NCBI RefSeq assembly: GCF_006345805.1
Contig: NC_042998.1
Location: 188,170,001 to 188,234,000, forward strand
Direction: 5' to 3'
Length of the DNA: 64,000 nucleotides
Source of the DNA: Octopus sinensis
Taxonomy: Eukaryota
Made by a program: the position numbers and the translations under genes. Shown piece after piece: positions 37,110 through 50,503 of this stretch. Within the stretch, counting starts at the first letter, position 1; each line of letters starts with the position of its first letter. Below the pieces are notes generated by a model. That model did not search any database and had not been told where the DNA came from. It worked only from the letters and a program-made list of their open reading frames with translations.

Positions 37110-37993
37110 AAAGTAATTTCTGAGGTATGGGAAAGCCTTCATGGTTCCGGGACAATGCCACATAGCCTTATGTCACTGTTGTCAGGGGGAGTTTGTTCGG
37201 GGGCTCTCTGTGCAAAGATCTTCGTCTTCATTACGTTTGTGGTTAGATCAAAGCGGGTATGCAAGTTTTCGAAGAGGTTCTCAGTCTCCTGAATATTGGA
37301 AACCAAGTATCTGGTTCTGTATCCTTATGACATTGTTGGGATCTTTGGTACCATGCAGTAGCGCCCCGTCCTGCTGCTTGTGTAACTGACAATGCCAAAG
37401 TTTGGAAAAAGTTTTTCTAGGATTTTCCAAATATATATTCTTGCATATCTTTCCCGCCTTCGCACCAGGGGGTAGAGTCTTAACTGTTTCAGTCTCTACC
37501 AGTAGCTGATATGTCGCATTGTATCGATCTTCCTTGTGTAGCTTCACTGGATCGCCTCGAGTTCCGTCGTCAATTTTACACTGGTGACCGCAGTTTGGAG
37601 CTGTAATCCAGACAGCTGAGAACGAAAGTCCTCCAGAGGATCATCATTTTCTCTTGTTTTGAAAGTTCGAAGTGTCCACCTGTCCGGATGTCTGCATTTT
37701 ATTGCCAACCTAGTAATTTACATCTGTAAAGATGCATCATTATTCATGTCGAAGCCCAGGTCGCGTACTGATTTTGATACATGGATTGAAATCCCTTCTG
37801 GGCCAGTGTATCCTATTTGCTTTTCCTTGAGCTTCCTGTGTTGGTAGCACAGGCCTTGGAATTTTCCAGCCTTAAACTGCATGATAGTTTCCTCAACCCA
37901 CCTGTATATTGTGTCCAACTCACGTTGCAGATGCACAACGTCTCCAGGGTCTTGTATCCTCTGAAAGACTTTTGTATCGTCTGCATAGGAAGG
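37110..37993 (-). mobile_element. 5'-truncated CR1-group LINE
   Basis: SYADDTKVFQRI...SVRDLG...ELEAIQ*SYTRKI..ISYW*RLKQLRLYPLVRRRERY.RIYIWKILE. Confidence 0.9.
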
Positions 37994-38910
37994 GTAGATG
38001 TGATCTTTGCAGCGTGGGGTCGCGCATTGTCTTAATGAAACCGCACTCTTTTTCAATTCACTAAAGCGGGTCTTTTTTTCTTCAACGCTTGGTTCAAATG
38101 CTCTAATTGTTAACAGTAGACTTGAGCATTGATTATTGCATCAGGTGGTAACAATTCAAAGTGAATTACTCCTTTACAATCCCACCAGATAGAGAGAAGA
38201 ACCTTTTTTCCGTGAAGTCCCATTCTCGGTTGTGGTTGAGCTTTTCCCCTTTTACCTAGCCACTGTTTACTACGTTTAACATTTCGATAGAAGATTCATT
38301 TTTTCGTCACCATAAATGAGTTCGCGAGAATGGAGAGAAGAGCAGCTGTCAACTCGGGATTTGCGGTTGCTTTCGGACAATTTACGAGTCACCCATTTTC
38401 CAAGTTTAGGAACATTTCCAAGTTGTTGAAGATGACGATAAACAGTTGTATGGTTTGAACTAAGCTTTATTGCCAATTATTCAACTGATAATGCAGGTTT
38501 AATGCCTCAAGGAGCTTATCAAACTCAACTGGACGTCCTGTTCTGTTTTCATCTTCAAGGCTGAAATCTCCACTTCTGAAATTTGCAAGCCATCTTCTGC
38601 AAGTTATTTCGATCAAGCATTTTTTCCCATAAACTGAGTGTATGTTTCGAGTCGTTTCGGCTACAGAGTTTACTTTTTTGTACTCATAAAGCATTATGTG
38701 CCTTAAATGCTCTTTGGATACTTCCATGTTAGAAAGGGTTTTAATTAAAGAAATTTAAATTTTATTATTCTGTAAAATAATATTTAATTATTTTAAATGT
38801 ACACAAATTCATAAGAATAATTTTTAATTCCATTAGACATTCTAAAATACTATTAAACTTCATTCAATTTTAATAAAGGTAAAATCGGACTGAACTTATG
38901 GGGAGACCTG
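37994..38910 (-). mobile_element. Mariner 5' two-thirds, one TIR, truncated at the CR1 junction
   Basis: TA then TCAGGTCTCCCATAAGTTCAGTCCGATTT; MEVSKEHLRHIMLYEYKK...GDEK...LHGKKVLLSIWWDCKG...DNARPH. Confidence 0.9.
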
Positions 38911-40044
38911 ATATATATATGTAAAAAATCCCGTCTGTCGAAATATAAGAAATGTTTGCCACAAGCATCTCATCAGTTTTTTTTTCATAAAAAAAAAACA
39001 AACAAATTATGTACTTGTAAACTTGAAAGAAAGATCGAGCCTTGCTCATGCTAACTTTTCACAAAAATATGCACTGAAATCTGTTTTTTTTTTTAAATGA
39101 GAAATTATGATATTATTTCAAAATAGTAATATTACCTAGATGTTCGCAATTGTTCGCTTACTACAGAAATTATCTAAGGTTCTTATTTCGTAATTATGTA
39201 CCTCTAGATGGCTAATTGAAGTAGTGATATGTCACAAAATGCTTGGCAGAAACATCAAAAATCTACAAAAAATGGTGATCAACTTGCTAAAGAATACCGC
39301 CCTGCTGACTAGAATCGTCGACACGAAGCAACTCACTAAGAAGACCGAAATTCTACTCAGACACATGACATGAAGAGGAATGCTTACCCTTTCGACAAAG
39401 AGGCGTGTCTTTTCACCAAGTTTGACTGGCCTGAAGACGTGGCTGCATGCCTCGAAAACTCCAGAATGCCAGGCCACTTCACTGGCCTAAATAAACTACA
39501 GTACCCAACATCTGTACTAAACACTGCTTCTTTGGATCGTTGCTTAACAACGGATATATTTGTATGTGTGTGTGTGTGTGTGTGTGTGCTTGTGTGTGTG
39601 AGTGTGTTTATGTATGTATTATAAACATATATGCATAGGACATGCACACTTATACACACACACATCTATATTTATATGGGTGTATGTGAATATATATGTA
39701 TATATGATTGTATGTGTGTTGATATATGTGTATGTTTATACAAATATATCTATATGCCAAGATATATTTGTGAGTATATAAACATACACACACATGTATA
39801 TGAATATGTATATATAAAATTAGACCGAGTCTAGACTCTCTATACATGTATAGTAGATTTGCTTATTATATATATATATCGTGTGCCTATGTGATTTTGA
39901 GAAATTTATGCTTTTTTTTATTTATTTCGTCACAATACGCATCTATAATGATGGTTGCAACAGCAATAAAGTACAGACATTTAGACGTTTGACATTTAAG
40001 AGATAATTTACAATGTGCGGTTATCCTTGTAAATTACTACATTA

Positions 40045-40071
40045 TTTTTAAAAATAATAATAATAATAATG

Positions 40072-40110
<39 letters not shown>

Positions 40111-40165
40111 TAATAATAATAATATAATAATAATAATAATAGTAATAATAATAATAATAATAATC
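40045..40165. repeat. (AAT)n tract
   Basis: Direct reading. Confidence 0.95.
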
Positions 40166-40994
40166 CTCTTTCTAATCACCATCATAATCAATGCGAACAT
40201 CGTGTGCATTTATTTATTTTTTTTTGCAATAGTTTCGAACAATGTTTCGCTGCAATACTAGAAGCAGGTCTGTGTTGCATGTGCAGCATTGTTTCTCCTT
40301 TTAGTCTTATTCGGGGTTTCTGCTTACTGACTCAAACTGTTTCGTTCGGTGTTAGAGTGTTGTGTTATTGTTATTGTTAACTCCCAAGTGATCTTGATCG
40401 AACTTTTTTATGGTCAAAGGCATGTCAGACTTGAACACGCTATCGTTTTTTTGCAAGACAAAGTACGACCAGACTCACATTATCTTGTACATCTTTTATT
40501 TTTAGTGCAATAAGATGTAATTTGCGTTATTTCTAGCGGTTCAAACAACTGCATAGGAGTTCCCTTGTTTGTGTGTAGTTTACAAGGCGGACTAAAAAAA
40601 CTAATGGAATTCCAACAATCGGCATGGGAGAAGGGTCTCAGCATTAACAAAAATAGAAATAACACTAGGGATGCGAGGGTGGCGAGGCAGAGAAAGTTTG
40701 TTTCAATCGTAGAGTTGTTTAGCACCAGGTTGTTTCTGATTCGAGCAAACTCAAGATCAAAAAGACATTTTAACCATGACCATCTTGTATCTTACTGAGA
40801 CCCACACTTTCTCTCAATGTATACAGGACTATTTTAAACAGTGCACCATTCATTATTTTTTAAAAGCGGCGAGATTGTAATTTGAATGATAACTACTTGA
40901 TATTTCAGGTCGTGACAACGAATAGCAGATCTCCTTTGGTTCAAGTTTAATCCTCATTATCGTGCTAACATTGTACAATTTGTGTATTTGATAT

Positions 40995-41379
40995 GATGGA
41001 AGCACTCCGTCGGTTACGATGATGAGGGTTCCGGTTGATCCGAATCAACGGAACAGCCTGCTCGTGAAATTAACGTGTAAGTGGCTGAGCACTCCACAGA
41101 CACGTGCACCCTTAACGTAGTTCTCGGGGATATTCAGCGTGACACAGAGAGTGACAAGGCCGGCCCTTTGAAATACAGGTACAACAGAAACAGGAAGTAA
41201 GAGTGAGAGAAAGTTGTGGTGAAAGAGTACAGCAGGGATCACCACCATCCCTGCCGGAGCCTCGTGGAGCTTTTATGTGTTTCCGCTCAATAAACACTCA
41301 CAACGCCCGGTCTGGGAATCGAAACCGCGATCCTATGACCGCGAGTCCGCTGCCCTAACCACTGGGCCATTGCGCCTCC
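40995..41379 (-). mobile_element. SINE family A, young full-length copy, 11-bp TSD
   Basis: GTATTTGATAT at 40984-40994 and 41380-41390; A-box TGGCCCAGTGG. Confidence 0.95.
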
Positions 41380-41670
41380 GTATTTGATATATCAAGCGTA
41401 CGATGTATATTATGAAACTTTTATAATATACATTTTAGGTAGGGTTTTGCGTTGAATTTGAACAGTGTCTTGTAGGAGTATTTTCTAGATTATGTCCGAA
41501 GTCACTACCTCTTAAACTAATTAGATCTTGACTCTATACCTTGAATTGTAAATTTTCTTCCATAGATTTTGAGAGACCGGATATTAGTCTTGTGCAAGTC
41601 TATCTCAACGTCACTTTAGTTTCGTATTGAATCAGTCATACTTAACAAGAACTATCTTTATATTTCTGAG

Positions 41671-42042
41671 GAGGCGCAATGGCCCAGTGGTTAGGGCAGC
41701 GGACTCGCGGTCGTAGGTTCGCGGTTTCGATTCCCAGACCGGGCGTTGTGAGTGTTTATTGAGCGAAAACACCTAAAGCTCCACGAGGCTCCGGCAGGGA
41801 TGGTGGTGATCCCTGCTGTACTCTTTCACCACAACTTTCTCTCACTCTTACTTCCTGTTTCTGTTGTACCTGTATTTCAAAGGGCCGGCCTTGTCACTCT
41901 CTGTGTCACGAGAACTACGTTAAGGGTGCACGTGTCTGTGGAGTGTTCAGCCACTTACACGTTAATTTCACGAGCAGGCTGTTCCGCTGATTCGGATCAA
42001 CCGGAACCCTCATCGTCGTAACCGACGGAGTGCTTCCATCCA
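41671..42042 (+). mobile_element. SINE family A, young full-length copy, 13-bp TSD
   Basis: TTATATTTCTGAG at 41658-41670 and 42043-42055; about 97% identical to 40995-41379 apart from a 13-bp indel. Confidence 0.95.
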
Positions 42043-42269
42043 TTATATTTCTGAGTTTTCTTTTTAATATTTCGGTCTTTTTTCCTAAACTTCTTCACCC
42101 AGCGTTTTTAATTATTTCCCCTCAGTATCAGGCATTACGTATAGTCTAATACGTGTTTAGTTTTTTTCATGTCTCCTTATGTTAACCTTTACTATTATGT
42201 ATGTTTAAGACTCAAAGCATATATTACACAATTTTGATCTATTTGTATAAGAACCTTCTCTACATGTGA

Positions 42270-42373
42270 TATACATACATACATACATACATATACATAC
42301 ATACATACATACATACATACATACATACATACATGTATGTATATATACACGTATATGTATGTATGTATGTATG

Positions 42374-42417
<44 letters not shown>

Positions 42418-42497
42418 ATATTATTTTTTAATATGCTGGCCATTGATAAAATTTTTTTCGAAAATATTTTATCCTACATTAGATGTGTATATATATA

Positions 42498-42540
<43 letters not shown>

Positions 42541-42645
42541 TGTATATATATATATATACATACATATTTATATTTATATACATATATATATACATATACA
42601 TATACTTATATATGTGTATATACACATACATACACATGTATGTGT
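42270..42645. repeat. (CATA)n/(TATG)n/(TA)n cluster
   Basis: Direct reading. Confidence 0.95.
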
Positions 42646-42921
42646 GTGTGTCCTTATTGAGCCAGAATACAACTTATTTTCGCGTTTCACTTCCAAAGCT
42701 TTCCACTTTATTAAACTACATACTAGAGATATGGTGTATTTATAAGTATTATCTCATTTTATAAGTATTATCTCAATTTCGTTGTTTAATACTGGTTGCT
42801 AACCGAGTATTTTAGACTATAATTTTAGTTGACTTTCCTGGAATACCATTATCTAATATTCTCTTCATTTTCCTGTTGTGCATTTCAGAGTTTTATATAT
42901 TAATAACTGGATAAAGCGGCG

Positions 42922-43310
42922 TGATGACAGAATTGTTAGCATATCAGGTGAAATGCTTCGCAATATTTCGTCCGTCTTTACGTTCGGAATTCAAATTCCT
43001 CTGAGGTCGACTTTGCCTTTCATCCCTTCTGGGATCGATAAAATAAGTACCAGTTTAGCACTGGGGTCGATTTAATCGACTTATCTCATCCCCCAGAATT
43101 TCTAGCCTTGTGCCAAAATTTGGAACTAATATTAGAAGCTGGGAAGGTGGCGAGCTGGTAGAATCTTTGGCACGCCGCGCAAAATGCTTAGAGGCATTTC
43201 GTCTGTCTTTACGCTTTGAGTTCAAATTCCACCAAGGTCGATTTTGTACATCTTTCAGTACCAGTTGAACACCTCAAACTTGCTGGCCTTGTACCAAACT
43301 TTGAAACATA
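42922..43310 (+). mobile_element. Two tandem SINE B copies (second internally deleted)
   Basis: Heads at ~42925 and ~43143; shared GCCTTGT(G/A)CCAAA tails. Confidence 0.8.
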
Positions 43311-43695
43311 TACTATGTGGAGTTTTAAAATAAATTTTGTCACTTTGAGCGAGTCGGCTTTAGCACTTTTGTTAAATTTCATATTCATTTTAATATCTTT
43401 TCTGTGCTATTCCGACTGTAGTACAGATTTCACTGTTCTATAATTGTCTGTTGTACTTGTATATACAATCTTAAAATCATAATTTGTTCATAGATTTTGC
43501 ATTCTTAGCAGACCTGATTCAACAGACTTGTTACCAGAGTTAGAACAAGAGAGAAGAATAGTTGAAATTAGGATTGTTCGTGAAAAATTCCTCTTACGTA
43601 AAAGTAAAACCGGTATTTATTTTCTGCGAAGGAAATGGAGATTTTCCATATTCAGCTACATTTCACGATTGTAATCAAGCTTGAAACTTGAAATA

Positions 43696-44911
43696 TTAGG
43701 TTGTTTCACATGAAATGTCGTATTTTAATTATCTCAGTCATTTGAAAACTCAGTTATGTGTACCCTGAATTTAATCTTGATGCTTTTTTCATTCCCAACA
43801 ATATTGGTATGCAAAATTCGTACCCACAGATCTTATGAAAATGATAACAACCAAAGTATGTTGAGTAATTTTCTTGTATGAATACAAAATGGGTCACTCT
43901 GTCGCAGAAGCTTTACGGAATATCAAGCAGGCCTTTGGTAATGGTTTTGTTGACATCAGAACTGTTCAGAGATGGTTCAAAAGCTCTCGTTCAGGAGATG
44001 ATACCCTTGACAATAAACCAAGGGGCAAGCCAAAATCAGCTATTCGGCATGATGGATTAAATGCTTTGGTTGAACAAAATCCGAGAACAAAGGTTCGAAA
44101 ACTTTCATCAGAACTCCAAACATCTCGCACAACAGCTTTTGGGCACCTGTTAAAAAGTGGAAAAATCAAGGAAACAGGTTTGTTCCACATCAATTGAACG
44201 AGATTAGAAAAAAAAAAAGAAAAGAAACAGACGTCTCGAAGTGTGGTCCTTATTGCTTTCTCGACTGGGAAAAGATAATTTTTGAATCAAATCATTACTT
44301 ATGATGAGAAATGGATATTCTTTAGCTGAAGAACAGAACAGTGATTAGATGTGGGAGAGTCACCTAAACGCTACCCAAACCTACCATTGCACCCTAAAAA
44401 GTTAGTGGTCACTGTATGTGGTCTGCGAAGGGAGTTATTCATTATTCATTTTTGCAACGAGGAAATACGGTAACATCATCGTATTGCCAAAAAATTGATT
44501 GTATGCATGAGAATTTGAAAAAGAAGCAACCCAGACTAGTGAATAGAGATGGCCCAATTTTGCTCCACGTCAATATACGTCCTCACACTCCTCAAGCTAC
44601 GGTCCAAAAGTTGCAACATCCTCCTTATTCCCCTGATATCTATCCTACTGATCATCACTTATTTAAGCATTTTGAGCTTTTCGTAAGCAATAAAATATTC
44701 TTAAACAGAGAAGAGGTAATTGAAGCACTCAGAAGGTTTATCACAGCAAAAGATGAATTTTTTAAAAGATGGAATATATGACAGAGAAACGTTGATTAAA
44801 GGTCATAAATGAATATAGATCATACTTTGATTAAATAAATCAGTTCTCTAACACATCTGAAATATTTTATTGTTACCTTTCAAATATGACATTTCATGTG
44901 AAACAGCCTAA
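43696..44911 (+). mobile_element. Full-length degenerate mariner (cecropia/Hsmar1-like)
   Basis: 30-bp TIRs TTAGG(T/C)TGTTTCACATGAAATGTC(G/A)TATTT (28/30), TA TSD; YEYKMGHSVAEALRNI...DEKW...WSAKGVIHYSFL...GPILLH.NIRPH...HPPYSPDIYPTD. Confidence 0.95.
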
Positions 44912-46023
44912 TAGTAAGCAATAATCAAATCAAAATTATTAGTCATATTAAGTTGTTGTGTGATGAGATATCTTATACTTCTATTAAAATGTATTCGTAG
45001 GAAATTTCAGGACAAAACATTTCATTTTTCTTTTTTAGTTAGGCCAAACTACGGATGTGTTCTTTATTTTTTTCGCTCACAGCATGCTAACAAAACGCAC
45101 TTCTTGAAATTCATTGAAACTATTTTTGTCGAATACTGGTAATTAAACTGAGTTAAAATAAAACTTTATATGGAAAAACCATGCATATAATTTAGCTACC
45201 TTAGGGAAATCAAATGTAGCTTAGGGAAATCAAATGTTCTCGATAAATAGAATACTTTATATATTTTTTAACAAATATTAGACTATTGGTTTGAACAATT
45301 TTATTGTATTCGTGTCTTTCAACCACCTAAGTTCTAGATCTTTCCCACTCCCTCTTTATGAACCCTTACGCTTTAACATTTCTTATTTCTAGGTCTTTTC
45401 AATCCGAAACATTGCTTTTGTATTTTTCTTTCTCATCTATTCCACAAGACCTACTTCATCGTTACTCATTCTAATAATGTCACTCTATCCCCATTCTTCT
45501 TCTTCTCCAAACTCATTTCTCTTACTGCATCCTTTTTCACCTCTTTTCTCACTTTCTATCTTTCTCAGAAGTATTTCTTTATAGCCTTTTAGTTTTCTAA
45601 TTCTCCAACCATTACTTTACTACGTTACCTAAAAAGATCACTCAAAACGTCTAGACTTGAGGTAAACATACCCAACTTCAACTTACATATCTTTATCGCC
45701 TTTGTTTTGAAGTGTCAGATTTTTAATCACACCGTCATTTTCCAGATGATCCATATTTACACTTAAATAAAATAAGCAAAATTCGTGCACTAATAGTCTA
45801 CTAGAATAAATTTTTGAGTGTGTGGATATATGTATACGAATGTGTGATGAACGAGTTACTTGTCTTAGTATATTCATTTGATGTCTGTTGCTTATTTCCT
45901 TCATTGGCCAACAAATTATGGAGCACATTGCGTATGTATATCACCGTAATTGTAGTTCTATCGTCGATTATAAGTCTTTAATTTTCCCCGGGTTTCAGTT
46001 CGGATGTATGTATGCTCGTTTGT

Positions 46024-46071
<48 letters not shown>

Positions 46072-46427
46072 TGTGTGTGTGCGTGTTCGTGTATGTAACT
46101 CCGGTATATGTGGTGCATAATTAAATTTACTATACTTGAGAAAATCCAATCTTTTTCTGTCTACTTTTTCTTTTGTGTATATTTTGCAATGTCTATGTGT
46201 GCCTGTGTGTATATGTTGAGGTAATGCGTATCTGTAATTCCATCTCTCACTACTCTGTCTCTCATATCATCAAGCAGACTAATTTATCTATCGTGCTCTC
46301 CCGCTTGTTTGTAAATAACCATTACGAGAATAGTCGGCGGCTGAATTCTAACAAGATTTCTACACAGCTGTGCATGGATAAGGGTTCGTAAGATTTCCAG
46401 TATATGGTGGATTTTCGGCGATGAGCT

Positions 46428-46458
<31 letters not shown>

Positions 46459-47044
46459 CTAGAGAGAGAAAGAGAGACAGAGTGAAGGAAGGAAAGTGGG
46501 ATAGAGTGAGTTGCAGAGAAACAAACACATTTAATGTCGACTTTGATCATTATTTATAGTATATGTTATGATATTTTAATTAGATTATTGGTTATACAGT
46601 TAATCCTTCACATTGCAAACGATTTGTAAAGATTAGAATTAATCTTAAGAATGCACCTTACAAAACAATATAGTAAAATAACCAAGATGTGGGCTATCAC
46701 CAACCTGGTCAAAATAGAAGACGTTTGGAGAATTAGAGGAAAGCTCGACATTTTGTTTATGTCGTCTCTGGCATCTCTGTGTACAGTTTAAACTTTCAAC
46801 AATCAATGCCCCAGTCCACATGGCTATAAATAAGTTGTATATGTATTTTCTCGTTGTAAGTATTAAGAGCACTATAAAACTGACAACTGAAATGAGTTTT
46901 GTTATGCCCCACAACTACATACAAATACACACATAGGTGGGTAGTATATTTAATCTGATTTGTAATATCCAATTACACAAAATATTGAGTACTTTTTTCG
47001 TATATACATGCATGCATGCATACATACATACATACATACATACA

Positions 47045-47075
<31 letters not shown>

Positions 47076-47099
47076 GTACAAACTGTACACAAGTTGTCT

Positions 47100-48290
47100 C
47101 AACCAATTCCTCTAGGACTATTGTTAGTAGAACATTATTGTGACTGATGAACAGGCTCGTGGAAAGAAGGGAGTGTGGGGAAGTGCCAAACCACTTTTAA
47201 TAAACAAAGCTGTACCGTCTGAAGTAAGGAAACAACGTAGAAACCTTGTGACAGATGGCTTGACTATAAGAAGGCTTTCGACTCTATCCCTCATTCATGG
47301 CTGTTGAAGTGCTACGCCTGGCTTTGCCTACTAACTTAATTGCTGCTATAGAGAGACTTACAAAAATATGGACAACAATTCTTACTCTTATAACTGAGAA
47401 CAGAATAATTGTTTCTGATAGTATAGGCATTACAAAGGGAATATTCCAGGGAGATTATCTTTCTGTACTTCTTTTCATTTTGGTTCTGAATGCATTATCA
47501 TTCCTACTGCAGAAAACAAATGGTTACATGGTAGGATCTTCAACTCCTAGAAATATCAATGTAACTCATAATTTCTCTGTAGACGACCTAAAGATTTATG
47601 CTAAAAGTGTTAACAATGCAAAAAAAAAGAAAGAGAAAAAACCAACTGGAATTGATAACAAACTTTTCAGCTGATATAGGCATGGGATTTGGCCAAAGGA
47701 AATGTTCGTATTTGGTTATAGAACGAGGAAAGTCAACCCCACAAATTCAAAACTTATACACCAACAGTCTTTCTATCTTCTACATTCCACACAAAGAATG
47801 TTACAAGTACCTAGGCATAGACGAAAATGTATCATATGAAGGCACTGTGAATAAAGATAGAGTGACCCGAGAATATTACACCAGACATAGGAAAATAAGG
47901 CGGTCGGAACTCTCCCCTTACAACAAAACAAAATCCCACAATGTATTTACAGTACCAGTGCTGATCCCAACATTTGGGATACTTGATTGGTCTGTAGAGG
48001 AAATCCACAACATAGATATCAAAACCCACAAAATAAGAGGCCTCAGATCAGTGCAGACGGCCTTCGAATGCCGTATGGTATCAATCAGGCAACACCTCCG
48101 AAACAACAGCAGCAAAAAAATATATATATAAGTACAGTGCTGAATAGTGAAGTGTGCAACATTGTACGAGTTGCAAGTGAACTCCTCGGGAAACATTCTC
48201 TTCCTGATGATCTCCTATACAGCCCCAAAACAGCTGGGCTCTCTTACCTTAGAGAAGACCTAGATGGAAAGCACTCAGCATACACAGAAG
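47100..48290 (+). mobile_element. RLE-type (R4/Dong-like) LINE RT fragment
   Basis: TDEQARGKKG...LDYKKAFDSIPHSW...KGIFQGDYLSVLLF...SVDDLKIYAK...YKYLGIDEN; ends in (GAA)n(CAA)n 48286-48382. Confidence 0.92.
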
Positions 48291-48347
48291 AAGAAGAAGA
48301 AGAAGAAGAAGAAGAAGAAGAAGAAGAAGAAGAAGAAGAAGAAGAAG

Positions 48348-48384
<37 letters not shown>

Positions 48385-48944
48385 ACACACTTTGTGGTCA
48401 AAAGATTTTCCGACGAAGACAGACATTGCAGAAGAGTGAGCAAGCATCAGAAATATTATGTGCGCTACAAATCTTATTAGTTAAACATTGGCAGAATCGA
48501 CATTGACAGTAATAAAGATGCTCAAAATAAGGATTTTGAATATGTGTCTGGACCTTTGTCTGGATTTTATCATAGAACGGTTTCTTTCGATTTTTATTAT
48601 TTGCATCGTTGTTTAATTTTAATTTACACACTGTTAGGGACTGGTTGTGAAGTTATCCAGTAGAGTGTCAAACTAATCTCAAACTTTTTGCAGATTTTCG
48701 ATCGACATTTCAATGTTGCCACTTCATGATCAATAATAGTATTTCTTGCCTCTGATGTCATGTTGCAGATATTCATGGGAGCAAGTTGTGTTGAATCAGA
48801 TATATAACATAAATTTGCATTTGAATGCTGACATGCATTTAATAACTTCTGCTTCTTCACTTTAGGTCACTGGTGTCAGATTAATTTTCCGAATTCCTAC
48901 TAGGCCAATTTGACACTATTGAGATTTGATGCAAATTTATTTTA

Positions 48945-49480
48945 TTTTCGCTTGATGAGTTTGGTACAAGAATAAGAGCCCATAACCTCTGAAGGTACCC
49001 CGCCCGAGACATGTAAAACTGATGCTCTTAATGTTCCGTGTAAACTATTGTACATCAACACCTGTAGGAAAGACATGAGTGGGAGATGGTTCCAGAGGGT
49101 CGATATTCTAGGAACGAAGAATTGGGGAAAGGGGATTTGGAGACGCAAGGGTGGCGAAAGATGAGTGACGATTGGATCGTGGATGTCTGAGTGGCGGGTG
49201 CCCGAGTGGTATATCAATTAGATCCAAGGAGCAGAGGTCATTTAATAACATTAGAAAAGACAGAGAGAATAGACAGTACGCATGAGGGCCAATGGCTGGA
49301 AGGTCTCCGTTAGTGTTCGTTAGTAATGTTAATCAACCAAGTACCCCTTCTCTGGATGTGAGCCAGAATGTTAGTGTGTAGTAGTAGCAGAACCTTCCAC
49401 TGCATGTCATCTGCCCAGTGGTTAGTTGACATGCTGTGCGTTGATTGACAACCTGTGTGTGTCAAAAGAATTTGCTATCT
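48945..49480 (-). mobile_element. Jockey/L2-group LINE 3' end
   Basis: HIQRRGTWLI..TFQPLA.....SLCLF...FFVPRISTLWNHLP..FP....Q.F.RNI. Confidence 0.65.
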
Positions 49481-50354
49481 TTTGGTCTAGAAGAAAAAGA
49501 TATAGAAGCGGTCAATAGATTTATAAAAAAATAACTGCTTCACATAATACTCTGTTGAATCCATACTGTACTAATCTAAGGTATGGCCTCCAAATGATAA
49601 GAATGAGAGGGCTTTTGTTAAGTAAATATACTTTCTAATCCCTCAAAGTTCACTGCTATATTAGCTTTACCCTTATATCTATGACACCTGCTATTTTATT
49701 CAACGTTTCCTTCGTCAGATATTCTATTTCATAATGCATTTTCTCCCAAAAGTTCTCAAAAGATAAAAATCTCTCGTACATCTTAAATTACAAGAAGCTA
49801 GTTTACTCTTTGAAATAAATATTGTCTATTCAGCACGTGGTGAATCAAGTTTGTATAAAACTACTACTGATGAATATTTTGGCTTTGATGTTTTAGAGAG
49901 TATGTTTTCAAAAGTAGATCAGAGCAAAAGGAAATAAATTCATTTTATGATTCCCTGACAAATAACGTGTTTGCAGATTTTCTTGGTTTTCTTGGTTTTC
50001 TCTAACCTTTCTGACACGAGTTTCAAGTGCAGGATCCCATTTAGACAAAAGTTCAATCAGCCCAAGTAAGCTTCTACTCTAAACTTCGGCAATTAGAGAT
50101 GAAGGGCACCACGAAATGCTAACTATCTTTCAACTAAAAATGAATCAATGCCAATTAGATGTGTAAAAATACAAGACTGGTTAGCCTCCGCTAACGCAAT
50201 ATGGCTATATGCAAGATGTCTATGAAGATGTTTGAACGAATTCTTTATTTGCGTGAGTTTAGGTGGGTATATGTGTCTGTGTGTGTGTGCATACGTGCGT
50301 GCGTATATGTGAGTGCGTACGCGCGTATGTGTATAAACATACATAGATACATAT

Positions 50355-50395
<41 letters not shown>

Positions 50396-50435
50396 TATAC
50401 ATATATATATGTACACACACTTCACACACACACGC

Positions 50436-50503
<68 letters not shown>

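Noticed and set aside
41671-41745. tRNA gene calls for SINE heads (also 27250-27325, 41305-41379, 11472-11520)
   Set aside because: A/B boxes are present, but acceptor stems are absent and the sequences continue into SINE bodies with TSDs.
45200-45237. 20-bp tandem repeat containing TTAGGG
   Set aside because: A simple two-copy duplication, not a telomeric array.
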